Of a stretch of DNA of 64,000 nt, positions 27,047-37,329 are shown one piece after another; within the stretch, counting starts at the first letter, position 1; each line of letters starts with the position of its first letter. Both the position numbers and the translations under genes were made by a program. This DNA is from Halobacteriovoraceae bacterium. Its GTDB lineage: Bacteria > Bdellovibrionota > Bacteriovoracia > Bacteriovoracales > Bacteriovoracaceae. Under the pieces are notes generated by a model. That model was given only the letters and a program-made list of their open reading frames with translations, searched no databases and was not told the DNA's origin. The stretch lies in contig PASN01000012.1 in assembly GCA_002711995.1 (NCBI GenBank), forward strand, positions 15,155-79,154, read 5' to 3'.

Positions 27047-28086
27047 TCATTCCTCATAATCATCATGGAGTCGCCGTAAGAGAAGAACCTGTATTTTTCT
27101 TCAACGGCGGTTTTGTAAAGGGAGAGAGTCTTCTCTCGTCCAACAATGCTTGAAACTAGCATTAAAAGGGTGGACTTTGGCAGGTGAAAATTAGTGATCA
27201 ATCCTTGGATGGATTTGACCTCTTTGCCAGGATATAAAAAGATATCGGTGCTCTTTTCTTCAGGAAGAGCGAATTTTCCGTCTTTATAACAACTCTCCAA
27301 CACTCTTAAAGTAGTGGTCCCAACAGCAAAAATGTTTTTAGCATTGTTAAGTTTTTCTAGATCTTCTTCAGAGATATCAAAGTGCTCACTGTGCATTTTG
27401 TGGTCTGTAATTTCATCTGCACTTACTGGCTTGAAAGTTCCAGCCCCAACATGAAGAGTAACTTTGGCGATATCAATGCCCTTCTCTTTAAGTGAGTCAA
27501 AGACTTGATTAGTAAAGTGAAGGCCAGCGGTAGGTGCGGCCACAGAGCCTGCGTGTTTTGCGTACACAGTCTGATAGTCGTTTACATCATTCTCATCCGC
27601 GACTCCCTCTCTTATATAAGGAGGTATTGGTATCTGAGCTTTATCTTCCAAGTAGTCTAAAAGATCGTCGCCTTCCAAATTAGTCTGCACATAGAAAGAG
27701 CCGTCTTCCAAGACTTTCTCAATTTTTAGTTTTAACTCTCCAAAAAGAAAAACGTCGCCGAGTTTTTTCTTTCCACTCGTTTTTAGCATGACGGGATAAA
27801 GTCCACCTTCATGCAAAAGAGAAAGAAATAAAACTTCGGCCTTTCCACCTGTGGGCTTTTTTCCCATAAGTCTACATGGAAACACTTTTGACTGGTTTAA
27901 AACCAGAAGTGTGTCCTTTGGCAGGAAGTCTGCGATGTGATGAAACTTTGAGTGCTCAACGCTGTCGCTTTTGTGTTTATAGACCATGAGCTTTGAGTGG
28001 TCCCGCTCCGGCGCTGGACGCTGGGCGATCAACTCTTCTGGAAGTTCATAGTCGTAACTTTCGGTTAAAAGGTCCTCTCTTTTCAT
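27043..28086 (-). CDS. queA: S-adenosylmethionine:tRNA ribosyltransferase-isomerase
   Basis: 347 aa. YDYELPEELIAQRP, TAGLHFT and NFHLPKSTLLMLVS. It overlaps tgt by 4 nt. Confidence 0.95.
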   Translation of the reverse strand: MKREDLLTESYDYELPEELIAQRPAPERDHSKLMVYKHKSDSVEHSKFHHIADFLPKDTLLVLNQSKVFPCRLMGKKPTGGKAEVLFLSLLHEGGLYPVMLKTSGKKKLGDVFLFGELKLKIEKVLEDGSFYVQTNLEGDDLLDYLEDKAQIPIPPYIREGVADENDVNDYQTVYAKHAGSVAAPTAGLHFTNQVFDSLKEKGIDIAKVTLHVGAGTFKPVSADEITDHKMHSEHFDISEEDLEKLNNAKNIFAVGTTTLRVLESCYKDGKFALPEEKSTDIFLYPGKEVKSIQGLITNFHLPKSTLLMLVSSIVGREKTLSLYKTAVEEKYRFFSYGDSMMIMRNE

Positions 28087-28115
28087 ATGCCAAGACTTAT
28101 CATAGAATTAACGCC

Positions 28116-28370
28116 ATGAGAATTTTAATGACCACTCTTTTACTGTCCTATGGAGTTTTTGCATCCATCGACTACTCCCGCTTAGATCAAGAAATGGAAT
28201 ATTTGCGAAAAAACGCCTTTAAAGGCAAAGAAGAGCTCTCCCAAAAAGAATTTCAAAGGGAAAGGGCCGGTCTAAAAAGGTCTCTGGAAGAGGATATAGT
28301 TGACTTGGATCAATTATATTTTTCGGATTCAATTTCCACCAAGTCCGCCGCGCCTAAAAAAGACAACTAG
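28116..28370 (+). CDS. small secreted protein, unknown function
   Basis: The ATG at 28116 gives MRILMTTLLLSYGVFAS (signal peptide). The longer track ORF (27993) runs antisense into queA. Confidence 0.4.
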   Translation: MRILMTTLLLSYGVFASIDYSRLDQEMEYLRKNAFKGKEELSQKEFQRERAGLKRSLEEDIVDLDQLYFSDSISTKSAAPKKDN

Positions 28371-28603
28371 GCGAAAGAAAAACTCTTAAACAATTTCACT
28401 CTGGCAACAACCATATCCATAAACTCCCTAACCGCTTTAAGCTTTGGATAGGAATCAACCATGGAAAGCAGAAGGTTGAACAGGTACTCAAAAAAGTCAA
28501 TTGCGGGCTGAAGATTAAGCTTTTTGATTATCAAATCAACAAGTCCGTGAGCTTGTTCCACATCTTTGCCTTTCACAACGTATAATGGATTTTTGTTTTT
28601 CAT
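28367..28603 (-). CDS. 78-aa protein downstream of the ParA-like ATPase (possible partner), unknown function
   Basis: It lies 11 nt downstream of the ParA-like gene on the same strand and is predicted helical. I recognise no motif. Confidence 0.4.
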   Translation of the reverse strand: MKNKNPLYVVKGKDVEQAHGLVDLIIKKLNLQPAIDFFEYLFNLLLSMVDSYPKLKAVREFMDMVVARVKLFKSFSFA

Positions 28604-28614
28604 ATTTTACTCGC

Positions 28615-29466
28615 TTAAAGTTGTTCTTCTATTTCGGTCGCCATCTTTAAAAATTGAGTCTGTAATTCTTTATAGTCTTTGGCCTGAAAGTCAAAAACTG
28701 ACTTTCCACAAGACATAGACTTTGCAAAATTGGCCTTATTCGCAAATGGCTGGAAGACATGAGCATCTGGAAAGGTGTTTTGTATGTTTTTAAAATCTTC
28801 GTTGGCCTGCTTTCTTCTTGTTTCAAAAAGATTTGGGATATAGCCAAGATTTTTCGGAGTCTGAACAATTCCCATATCTTCAATATCCAGAAGCACTTCC
28901 TGAATGTTTTTTAATCCTTGCTCGCTAAAAGAGTCCGGGATAAATGGAAACAAAACGCCATCAACGGCACAGAGAATATTCACCACAAGCAGTCCAAGCG
29001 TCGGTGGCCCATCGATCACAATATAGTCGTAATACTCTCTGAGTCTGTTTTTATCGATGAACTTTTTAAGAACGAGTTGTCTTGGAGAATTAATCCCAGC
29101 AACAGTCAGCTCAAAACCAGAAAGCTCTTGCCCGGAGGGAATAAGATCCACACCAGTGTCGGTTTTAATAATTGCTTCGGATAGTAAGATACCGGTGTGC
29201 AAGCTTTTGAGCTCTCGAATGCTATTGATCATTAAATGAAAAATATTGTGGGTATGGGTTTCAGAGTCATATCCAAAAAGGGAGCTAAAGTTAAACTGCG
29301 GATCCATGTCCAGGCACAGAACTTTATGCCCTTTCTCACTTAAGGCTCGAGCGGTGTTATAGGCCATGGTTGTTTTACCAACCCCGCCTTTTTGATTCAT
29401 AAAGGCTATGACTTTTCCCTCGCCCTGTTGAGTGGGTATTTTTTCGTTTTTTCGAAAATTGAACAT
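28615..29466 (-). CDS. ParA/MinD-family P-loop ATPase
   Basis: 283 aa. The deviant Walker A is KVIAFMNQKGGVGKTTMAYN, with DMDPQ and IVIDGPPTLG. Confidence 0.8.
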   Translation of the reverse strand: MFNFRKNEKIPTQQGEGKVIAFMNQKGGVGKTTMAYNTARALSEKGHKVLCLDMDPQFNFSSLFGYDSETHTHNIFHLMINSIRELKSLHTGILLSEAIIKTDTGVDLIPSGQELSGFELTVAGINSPRQLVLKKFIDKNRLREYYDYIVIDGPPTLGLLVVNILCAVDGVLFPFIPDSFSEQGLKNIQEVLLDIEDMGIVQTPKNLGYIPNLFETRRKQANEDFKNIQNTFPDAHVFQPFANKANFAKSMSCGKSVFDFQAKDYKELQTQFLKMATEIEEQL

Positions 29467-29616
29467 GGAAATCCTCCGTATAATTCAAAGTAGATAAATG
29501 ATTGAAAAGCGTCAATTTTTTTGGGCAAAAAGCTTAATTGCCCTAATTTGAATGACCTCTAAGGCATTGAAATCACCTACCAACATCCTTTTAGAAACAA
29601 ACTCGTGGGATCATAC

Positions 29617-29643
29617 TAATAAGTTCAACTAAATAACCGAAAA
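29617..29643 (+). promoter_or_regulatory. sigma28-like promoter: TAAT-N15-ACCGAAAA
   Basis: TAAT at 29617-29620 and ACCGAAAA at 29636-29643, 24 nt upstream of the TTG start at 29668 (AAAGGAA SD in between). Confidence 0.35.
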
Positions 29644-29667
29644 GATTACAGAACCAAAGGAATCTTT

Positions 29668-32600
29668 TTGAACAAAGCATTTTTGGTATGGACATTCATC
29701 TTCTTGCTTACGGCCTGTAATGTGGCCGAACAGACTCCTTTACCTAAAGAGGAGACCCAAGAGGCCAACTCAACTCCAAGTTTGGGAGAGGACAAAGCAT
29801 ACTTCTCTTTTGACAGGCCATTGTATTATGCTGGCCATTTTTGGAGTGAAAGCTCTTCATCAAATGCTTTAAGAATTACCAGAACTGGTGAAGATTTAAG
29901 TGAAAAGACTGTAAAGGTCCAACTGACTCAAAACAGCAATCAGGCAACAATAACAGATATCACCACAGTATCAGTTAACGGAGATACTCTAACTCTATAC
30001 TCAGGACTGCCGGTTGATTCTCACTATTATGTTTATGTTCCCTTTCCAATAAATGAAAGAACTGTTGATTTAGATATTGGAATGAATAACGACGCTGACT
30101 ATGAGTTGGATGAAGTTTTAACCTTTAGACTTCTATTAAATGAAGAGAGCCAATATTCAATTGGAAGCTATCAAAGTGCAACCAGAACAATTGTTGATGA
30201 TGAAAGCTCTCCAGATGTTTATCTTCAAACAACAGGCAGCACCGGTGCCAGTGCCACAGTTCTAGAGGGAGCAACGGCCAGCATTGATCTCGTTCTCACT
30301 GCACCGGCACTATTTCCAGTTAAAGTATTTTTGGAGCTATCAGGAACTAGTGAGTCTGCAGACCACAATTTCTATACTCAAAGCATAACTATACCTGCAG
30401 GTCAAGCCACTCATCAAGTCGACATTGTGACAAATAGCGACTCCTACAGCGAGCCGACCGAGAGAGCGACTATTACAATTGTATCCAGCGACGGTGCAAA
30501 TCTAAATGCTGGAAGGGATTTAGTTTATGACCTAGACATTACAGACACAAGTTCAGGTAGCAATGAAGTTTCAATCTCAGGTCCTCTCATAATTGATGAA
30601 GCTGGCCCTACAAAGTACATAGATCTAAGCGTCACCCTTAATGGAGTTGTTGATCAAAACATAAATGTTCCTCTCACGTTAGGAGGCTCTGCCATAGAAG
30701 GCATCGACTACACGATTACAACAAAGCAAGTATTTTTTCCAAAAGATGGAAGCTCCCCCGCTGTGGCAACTGTCAGAGTTTCGGCAATTGATGACAACGT
30801 CTTTGAAGGTGCGGAGACAATTGATGTAACAGTGGGATCAACCTTGGAAACAATACCAGGTGCGGCAAACACCATTAGCATAACCCTAAACGACGATGAG
30901 CTCTCCCCTGTCGCCCAATTTGAAGGCACAAGTTATATTACCCAAGAGAATGAAACTTTTTATCTGCCGCTATCTCTAAATAACGCCATTTTGGAACCAA
31001 TCACCCTGGATTTTAATGTGGATGTAGGGGTAACAAACCCAGCAACACCAGGAAGCGATTCTCAACTTCCAGCAAGTGGCACTTTCACAATACCAGCTGG
31101 CCAAACTAGAATACTTGTTCCAATTTTAATTCATCAAGACGCAGTTTTTGACAATAATGAAACACTAAGAGTTGTCTTGTCTAATCCAACTTGTCCAACC
31201 TTGGCCGCGTGTGCGGCGACAGGACTTGGGGCAAACGACGCAATAGATATTCTAATTAAAGAAGAAGGCGAACAGCTTCCAAAGCTCTCCTTCACCAGCA
31301 CTGGGCAAACAGGTAATGAAGGCTCCACTTTAACCATCACAGCAGAAGTTGATAAAATTAGCCAATTAGATCAGCCTTTTACAGTGGCGGTATACCACGC
31401 AAGCGCCAACTCTTCAGACTACTCAGGCCTGGTCACCACTCAACAAATAAATGCTGGAGACACTTCAACATCATTTACAGTAGATTTAACTGACGACACA
31501 CTTCATGAATTCACAGAGCAGTTTGAAATCAAACTTCTTCAACCAAATACTATGATCTTAGGTGACATTTCAAAGCATACTGTCACCATTATTGATCAGG
31601 ATGCTGCTCCAATTATAGACGTGGCAGCATTGGTAGATCCTGTCTTAGAGGGATTTTCAGGTACGATTCAATTTTCTTTGGCCCCAGGCATCTCTCCCGT
31701 TAAGAACCTAAATATTGCCTACACGGTTACTGGGACTTCTTCATCTGGCCTAGACCATAACTTAAGCTCGGGAACAGTAACCCTTCCTCTTGGTCAAACA
31801 ACGGTAAATGTTCCATTTGATGTTTTTGATGACTCTCTACATGAGGGAGCTGTAAGTGAAACAATCATTGTTACGACAACAAGCTCAAATGACTTTGCAA
31901 TTGGAACTCCAAGTGCATCAATTGACATTACCGATGCTCAGGCAGCGGCAACTGTGGCCTTCACCTCTAATGATGTTGCCTTCACTGCAGATGAAGACGA
32001 CTATATTGACGTGAATGAAAATGATTTAGTCTCTATCTCATTTACTCTGTCTCACGCTCTCACTTCAGATATCGATTTGACTTTCACAGTCGATGACACA
32101 TATGACTCAGGCAATTGTGACACTCTAAATTTAGGAAACATTTCCTGTGCTCAAGTTGTGGATTATGGTTCAGTTCCAAGCGTAAACTATTCAAGTTGCT
32201 CGTTTACAACTGGAGGCAGCTCTTCTGTGACATGCCAAGCTCCGATGGGTGAATCATACACGAGAATTACATTCTCAGATGTACCAGACTCAGGCTCGCT
32301 AGACTTAGTTTTAGCAGGGGGAACTTACTCCATAAGCGACACGGATATCACGGGTGCCACCGCCGAAGATGTGGCACAAAATCTTGCAGACCACATCAAT
32401 GATGAATCAAATATTGAGCCTTCACAGGAGCATTACGCCCACCACCCTCCAGGCACAGCTTATGTGGATATTTACTCATATGATCTCAACTATGATACCG
32501 ATCTCACAAGTATTTTAACTGGCACTTCCCCTTCCCGTGAATTGGTGGTTAGTATCCCTGCAGGAAAGACTTCTGGAAAAATTGAATTTAAGACCTTAAA

Positions 32601-32739
32601 AGACGACTTTTACGAGACCACTGAATACGAAGCTTTCAGCGTAACTTTAAGTTCCTCAAGCGATCCCACTTTGGTGAGCATTGATCCAAACAAAGACTCT
32701 GTGGAAGTAAGGATAAGAGACCTTGATACTGGGCCTTAG
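29668..32739 (+). CDS. large lipoprotein with multiple Calx-beta-like domains
   Basis: 1023 aa with lipobox LLTAC. Calx-beta-type motifs recur every ~100-120 aa (IDDNVFEGAETIDVTV, QDAVFDNNETLRVVLS, TDDTLHEFTEQFEIKLL, FDDSLHEGAVSETIIVT, KDDFYETTEYEAFSVTL). Confidence 0.7.
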   Translation: MNKAFLVWTFIFLLTACNVAEQTPLPKEETQEANSTPSLGEDKAYFSFDRPLYYAGHFWSESSSSNALRITRTGEDLSEKTVKVQLTQNSNQATITDITTVSVNGDTLTLYSGLPVDSHYYVYVPFPINERTVDLDIGMNNDADYELDEVLTFRLLLNEESQYSIGSYQSATRTIVDDESSPDVYLQTTGSTGASATVLEGATASIDLVLTAPALFPVKVFLELSGTSESADHNFYTQSITIPAGQATHQVDIVTNSDSYSEPTERATITIVSSDGANLNAGRDLVYDLDITDTSSGSNEVSISGPLIIDEAGPTKYIDLSVTLNGVVDQNINVPLTLGGSAIEGIDYTITTKQVFFPKDGSSPAVATVRVSAIDDNVFEGAETIDVTVGSTLETIPGAANTISITLNDDELSPVAQFEGTSYITQENETFYLPLSLNNAILEPITLDFNVDVGVTNPATPGSDSQLPASGTFTIPAGQTRILVPILIHQDAVFDNNETLRVVLSNPTCPTLAACAATGLGANDAIDILIKEEGEQLPKLSFTSTGQTGNEGSTLTITAEVDKISQLDQPFTVAVYHASANSSDYSGLVTTQQINAGDTSTSFTVDLTDDTLHEFTEQFEIKLLQPNTMILGDISKHTVTIIDQDAAPIIDVAALVDPVLEGFSGTIQFSLAPGISPVKNLNIAYTVTGTSSSGLDHNLSSGTVTLPLGQTTVNVPFDVFDDSLHEGAVSETIIVTTTSSNDFAIGTPSASIDITDAQAAATVAFTSNDVAFTADEDDYIDVNENDLVSISFTLSHALTSDIDLTFTVDDTYDSGNCDTLNLGNISCAQVVDYGSVPSVNYSSCSFTTGGSSSVTCQAPMGESYTRITFSDVPDSGSLDLVLAGGTYSISDTDITGATAEDVAQNLADHINDESNIEPSQEHYAHHPPGTAYVDIYSYDLNYDTDLTSILTGTSPSRELVVSIPAGKTSGKIEFKTLKDDFYETTEYEAFSVTLSSSSDPTLVSIDPNKDSVEVRIRDLDTGP

Positions 32740-32763
32740 AAATTAAAAATGGCCTAATAATTT

Positions 32764-32791
32764 TAAAGTTCTGAGTAATTTTATCCGATAA
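32764..32791 (+). promoter_or_regulatory. sigma28-like promoter: TAAAGTT-N-TCCGATAA, only 6 nt from the ATG
   Basis: TAAAGTT at 32764-32770 and TCCGATAA at 32784-32791; ATG at 32798. Confidence 0.45.
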
Positions 32792-32797
32792 AGGATT

Positions 32798-34087
32798 ATG
32801 AAAAGTAAACTCCTGAACTCATTCGCCTTTGGACTTATAACCTGTATGGCCATCGCATGTGGCGCTTCTGGAAAAAACTCACAAAAGAGCATTACTTCCG
32901 TAGTGGTTCCAAATGAATTTGTATCCACATGGCGAGTTGGTGACGCATCTTTTGGCGATGGAGACCTAACTGTTACCCTCCCCTTAAGAAGTGGCTTTAA
33001 TTATAACTTCACAGTTGATTGGGGAGATGGCACCACATCAGAGGTTACAACTCATGACGATGTGGATATTGATCATGATTATGACTCTGCAGGAGATTAC
33101 CAAATAAAGATTACTGGCCTAGTGGAGGCTTGGTACTTCAACAGCACTGGTGACAAGGACAAGATAATTTCCGTACAAGAATTAGGATCTGTAGGATGGA
33201 AAAATTTCGACAGTGCCTTCTCAGGATGTTCAAAACTAACAACCTTCTCTGGCGGTGACACTTCCAATGTTACAAGTATGGCAAGAATGTTCCTTTTTGC
33301 CTCTCAAGTTACACCAGACACAGCCAACTGGGATACATCCAATGTAACAGATATGGATGCAATGTTTGCTTATGCAACCGCTGCACAACCAAACACCAGT
33401 ACCTGGAATACATCAAAGGTAACTAGTATGCTTGGCATGTTTAATTCCGCCAGTGTTGCAAACCCAGACACCTCTGGTTGGAACACCTCTAGCGTTACAA
33501 ACATGAAATCCATGTTCTTCGATGCACTTGTTGCAACCCCTGACACAAGCGGTTGGGACACTTCAAATGTAACTGACATGAGTGGCATGTTTTGGGGTGC
33601 ATATGTCGCAACCCCCGACACAAGCGGTTGGAATACCTCAAATGTCACTGATATGAGCGGAATATTTCGAAATGCAGATGCTGCAACCCCCGACACAAGT
33701 GGCTGGGACACCTCAAATGTCACCGATATGAGCTGGATGTTTCGTGGAGCCGACAACGCCGCCCCTGATACTTCTGGCTGGAATACATCAAATGTGACTT
33801 TAATGGATGAAATGTTTCAGTTTGCAGGAGTTGCAGACCCAGACATGTCAGGTTGGGACTTCTCAAGTGTGACATCCATGGACTATTTTTTTGCTAGTAC
33901 AAGCAACTTATCCACCGCGAACTACGATAACCTCTTAATTCGCTTAAACGCTACTGCAGGTGATGGTTTGTCCTTAAGGGTAGGTTTTAACACCTACTAT
34001 ACTCAGGGTGGAGCTGCGGAAGCAGCAAGAACCAATCTTGACACCACCAAAAATTGGACAATTCTCGACGGTGGAGGAGTACCATAA
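32798..34087 (+). CDS. DUF285/BspA-type surface lipoprotein (26-residue repeat family), paralog 1
   Basis: 429 aa with lipobox MAIACG. Conserved module STWRVGDASFGDGDLTVTLPLRSGFNYNFTVDWGDG, then ~9 repeats of DTSGWNTSNVTDMSGMF..A..A.P. It ends NWTILDGGGVP. Confidence 0.8.
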   Translation: MKSKLLNSFAFGLITCMAIACGASGKNSQKSITSVVVPNEFVSTWRVGDASFGDGDLTVTLPLRSGFNYNFTVDWGDGTTSEVTTHDDVDIDHDYDSAGDYQIKITGLVEAWYFNSTGDKDKIISVQELGSVGWKNFDSAFSGCSKLTTFSGGDTSNVTSMARMFLFASQVTPDTANWDTSNVTDMDAMFAYATAAQPNTSTWNTSKVTSMLGMFNSASVANPDTSGWNTSSVTNMKSMFFDALVATPDTSGWDTSNVTDMSGMFWGAYVATPDTSGWNTSNVTDMSGIFRNADAATPDTSGWDTSNVTDMSWMFRGADNAAPDTSGWNTSNVTLMDEMFQFAGVADPDMSGWDFSSVTSMDYFFASTSNLSTANYDNLLIRLNATAGDGLSLRVGFNTYYTQGGAAEAARTNLDTTKNWTILDGGGVP

Positions 34088-34089
34088 CA

Positions 34090-35640
34090 GTGTTAGGTTC
34101 TAATTCTAAGCTATTCATACTCACCTTTTTACTCATACTAATCTCAAGTTGCGGTGGAACGGGTGGCAAGACTCCTAAACGAACAGGGAGTGCTGAGGTT
34201 GGCACGAATATCGGAAGTGCTCCATTCTCTATTATTCAAAGCTACGAAGAAACTCTAACTCTTCCCTATTCAGGGACCTTTACTGCTGACTCTTGTGAGA
34301 TTAGCTCTAATTCAGGAGTTAATATTACTACTCAATGCTCGTGCAGCTCAGGAGTATGTACAGTTGGAGTTACCGCCTCATCCACAGGGGCAGCGAGTTT
34401 TAATTATTCATTAAGCGATGGAACTGAAACAGAAAACGGTCAGACAGTCATCACCGTTTCAGCAGTGGTACCATTTACATCAACTTGGCGTGTGGGTGAT
34501 GGCTCCTATGGCGATGGAGACCTAACGGTTACCCTTCCCTTAAGAAGCGGTTTTAATTATAACTTCACAGTTGATTGGGGGGACACAAATACCTCAGTTG
34601 TCACATCACATGATGATCCAGATACCAACCACACATATGCATCCACGGGAACCTACACGGTCACGATCACAGGACTAGTCGAGGCCTGGTATTTTAATGG
34701 CTCAGGGGATAGAAATAAGCTCTTAACAGTTCCTGAGCTTGGAAATGTTGGATGGAAGTCTTTAAAGAGTGCTTTTAATGGTAGCGAGAATCTCACAACT
34801 TTAGCAGGTGGAAACACCTCCAGTGTCACGAATATGAGCATTATGTTTATGAACGCAACAAATGCAGATCCAGATACATCAGGCTGGAATACTTCCAATG
34901 TAACACATATGGGCGGGATGTTTGCATACACAAATGCGGCCAACCCGGACACCTCAAATTGGGACACCTCAAAAGTTACTGACCTTTATGGGATCTTTCA
35001 ATCAGCTATCAGTGCCAATCCAGACACAACGAATTGGGATATCTCAAACGTAACTGATTTATCCTACGCATTTAGAGACACTCAAAGTGCCAACCCAAAC
35101 GTGGGCAACTGGGATACCAGTGCCGTAAAGTACCTGGTTGGAGTTTTCCAAGGGGCAGATGTCGCAAATCCAAATGTTTCGACATGGGACACTTCCAATG
35201 TTGTTAGAATGAACCACCTATTTGCCGACGCACCTCTCGCTGATCCGGATGTTAGCAACTGGGACACATCCAATGTGGTAGATATGTCATACATGTTTGC
35301 CAGTGCGACAAGTGCTGATCCAGACACTGCAAATTGGAATACACCCAAAGTAAACAACATGTCTAACATGTTTAACGGTGCATCTTTGGCAAATCCAGTG
35401 ATGTCCAACTGGGATTTTTCCAACATGACTAGCATGGGGTTAGGGTTCTTTGCTACTGGTACTTCGTTGTCCACCACGAACTATGATAATATGCTAATAC
35501 AGCTAGATGCGACAAGAGGACCTTCACCAGTAGCTCTTCATGTGGGAACGACAAAATATACTTCGGGTAGTGCCGCCGAAACGGCACGTAATAATTTGAC
35601 CACCGCAAGTTGGATGATTAATGATGGCGGATCAATATAA
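34090..35640 (+). CDS. DUF285/BspA-type surface lipoprotein, paralog 2 (extra N-terminal Cys-rich Ig-like module)
   Basis: The GTG at 34090 is preceded by GGAGGAG (34073-34079) and gives (M)LGSNSKLFILTFLLILISSCGG. The track ATG (34054) lies inside paralog 1. Extra domain CEISSNSGVNITTQCSCSSGVCTVGVTASSTG. Confidence 0.75.
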   Translation: MLGSNSKLFILTFLLILISSCGGTGGKTPKRTGSAEVGTNIGSAPFSIIQSYEETLTLPYSGTFTADSCEISSNSGVNITTQCSCSSGVCTVGVTASSTGAASFNYSLSDGTETENGQTVITVSAVVPFTSTWRVGDGSYGDGDLTVTLPLRSGFNYNFTVDWGDTNTSVVTSHDDPDTNHTYASTGTYTVTITGLVEAWYFNGSGDRNKLLTVPELGNVGWKSLKSAFNGSENLTTLAGGNTSSVTNMSIMFMNATNADPDTSGWNTSNVTHMGGMFAYTNAANPDTSNWDTSKVTDLYGIFQSAISANPDTTNWDISNVTDLSYAFRDTQSANPNVGNWDTSAVKYLVGVFQGADVANPNVSTWDTSNVVRMNHLFADAPLADPDVSNWDTSNVVDMSYMFASATSADPDTANWNTPKVNNMSNMFNGASLANPVMSNWDFSNMTSMGLGFFATGTSLSTTNYDNMLIQLDATRGPSPVALHVGTTKYTSGSAAETARNNLTTASWMINDGGSI

Positions 35641-35661
35641 TAATTTGCCTTGGAAATTAAA

Positions 35662-37218
35662 ATGAATAACACTAAAGCTCAGACATCTCTTAAAATAAAA
35701 ATTCTTTTTGCGTCTGTGTTACTTTCACTTATGAGTTGTGGTGGATCAAAAAGTTCAGTTTCCAACTCGAGAGAAGACAATCGTACCGGAGAAGATATTG
35801 GAAGCTCCTCATTTTCTGTTATTCAAAATTATGAAGAGATAATAACACTTCCTTACTCAGAAACATTTACTGCAGATTCATGTGAGATTAGCTCGCCTTC
35901 TGGAATCAATGTAACTACACCATGCTCATGTTCTTCAGGCACATGCACGGTTGGTGTCACAGCGTCCTCTACAGGCAGTGCGGGTTTTAATTACACAATT
36001 ACTGATGGAACTGAAATCGAAAGTGGACAATCCAACTTAACAGTTTCGGCAGTAGTTCCATTCACCTCAACATGGGTTGTTGGAGATGGCTCATACGGTG
36101 ACGGAGACAAGACAGTCACACTTCCTCTAAGAAGTGGCTTTAATTATAACTTCACTGTTAGTTGGGGAGATTTGAGTTCATCGGAAGTTACTTCCTTCGA
36201 TGATCCTGATATTAACCACACCTACTCTTCCGCTGGCACCTATACTATTACCATTACCGGACTTGTAGAGGCATGGTACTTTAACAACTCAGGAGATAAA
36301 AATAAAATAACAACCGTTACAGAGTTAGGAACAGTGGGTTGGAAAAGTTTTCGAGCGGCCTTTAGAAACTGCGACAACCTCACTACTGTTGCTGGTGGGG
36401 ATACTTCCAGTGTCACCGACATGGGATCAATGTTTGAAGATGCCGCAAACGCTGTTCCAGATACTAGCGGATGGGACACCTCCAAGGGGACTAAAATGGA
36501 TTACATGTTTGGTTACACAGACCTTGCCACCCCCGACACTTCCAATTGGAACACCTCAAACGTTACTGACATGTTCGGTATGTTTGACTGGGCGAACAGT
36601 GCAACACCAAATACAACGAATTGGGATACTTCGAGCGTTACGGATATGAGTTATATGTTTAGACAGGCTCCTAACGCCAACCCCAATGTGAGTGGTTGGG
36701 ATACATCAAGCGTTACGACCATGTATTTCATGTTTTCCAATGCGAACTCGGCAACTCCAGACACTTCCAGCTGGGATACTTCTAGCGTAACCAATATGGC
36801 CTACATGTTCGAGCGTGCCGATCTGGCCAATCCTGTGACAACAAATTGGGACACATCAAGCGTAACTGATATGAGTGCAATGTTTTGGAGCTCTCCACTA
36901 GCAAACCCAGATGTTAGCAGGTGGGACACCTCTAAAGTAACAACCATGCTTAATATTTTTAGAATGGCCTCCTCGGCAGACCCGGACATGTCTAGTTGGA
37001 ACTTTTCTAGCATTTCAAACATGACCGGATTTGCAGACTTCTCAGGTCTTTCAACGACAAATTATGACAACCTTCTTGCGCAGCTAGATACCACAGCTGT
37101 AAACGTCATCACTTTGGATGTAGGAAGCACAAACTACACCACCGCAGGGCCCGGGGGAACAGCAAGATCAAATCTTGTTGGTAAAGGTTGGACAATTAAT
37201 GATGGTGGTGGGATTTAG
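35662..37218 (+). CDS. DUF285/BspA-type surface lipoprotein, paralog 3
   Basis: The ATG at 35662 gives MNNTKAQTSLKIKILFASVLLSLMSCGG. Architecture is the same as paralog 2. Confidence 0.8.
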   Translation: MNNTKAQTSLKIKILFASVLLSLMSCGGSKSSVSNSREDNRTGEDIGSSSFSVIQNYEEIITLPYSETFTADSCEISSPSGINVTTPCSCSSGTCTVGVTASSTGSAGFNYTITDGTEIESGQSNLTVSAVVPFTSTWVVGDGSYGDGDKTVTLPLRSGFNYNFTVSWGDLSSSEVTSFDDPDINHTYSSAGTYTITITGLVEAWYFNNSGDKNKITTVTELGTVGWKSFRAAFRNCDNLTTVAGGDTSSVTDMGSMFEDAANAVPDTSGWDTSKGTKMDYMFGYTDLATPDTSNWNTSNVTDMFGMFDWANSATPNTTNWDTSSVTDMSYMFRQAPNANPNVSGWDTSSVTTMYFMFSNANSATPDTSSWDTSSVTNMAYMFERADLANPVTTNWDTSSVTDMSAMFWSSPLANPDVSRWDTSKVTTMLNIFRMASSADPDMSSWNFSSISNMTGFADFSGLSTTNYDNLLAQLDTTAVNVITLDVGSTNYTTAGPGGTARSNLVGKGWTINDGGGI

Positions 37219-37257
37219 AGTTGAAATTTGAATAAAGATTAAGATTTCGAATTAGGT

Positions 37258-37284
37258 TAAGAAAATACGATTAATGACCGATAA
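37258..37284 (+). promoter_or_regulatory. sigma28-like promoter: TAAG-N15-ACCGATAA
   Basis: TAAG at 37258-37261 and ACCGATAA at 37277-37284, 45 nt upstream of the ATG at 37330. Confidence 0.4.
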
Positions 37285-37329
37285 CTATAGGAACGATTTT
37301 AAATAAGACTGTAACAAAATCGGAGAATC

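Noticed and set aside
33230-33880. Dense N-x-S/T sequons (NTSNVT) in the DUF285 repeats as a sign of N-glycosylation
   Set aside because: The motif is intrinsic to the DUF285 repeat consensus and lacks the acidic -2 residue of the bacterial PglB sequon. No glycosylation genes are in the window.
34054-34089. ATG at 34054 as the start of DUF285 paralog 2 (and similar long N-terminal extensions at 27993, 50026, 58552, 22588, 52418, 6067)
   Set aside because: The extensions overlap upstream genes or add non-signal sequence ahead of obvious signal peptides or conserved N-termini. Internal starts with SD sequences (34090 GTG, 28116, 50080, 58630, 22513, 52361, 6049) fit better.
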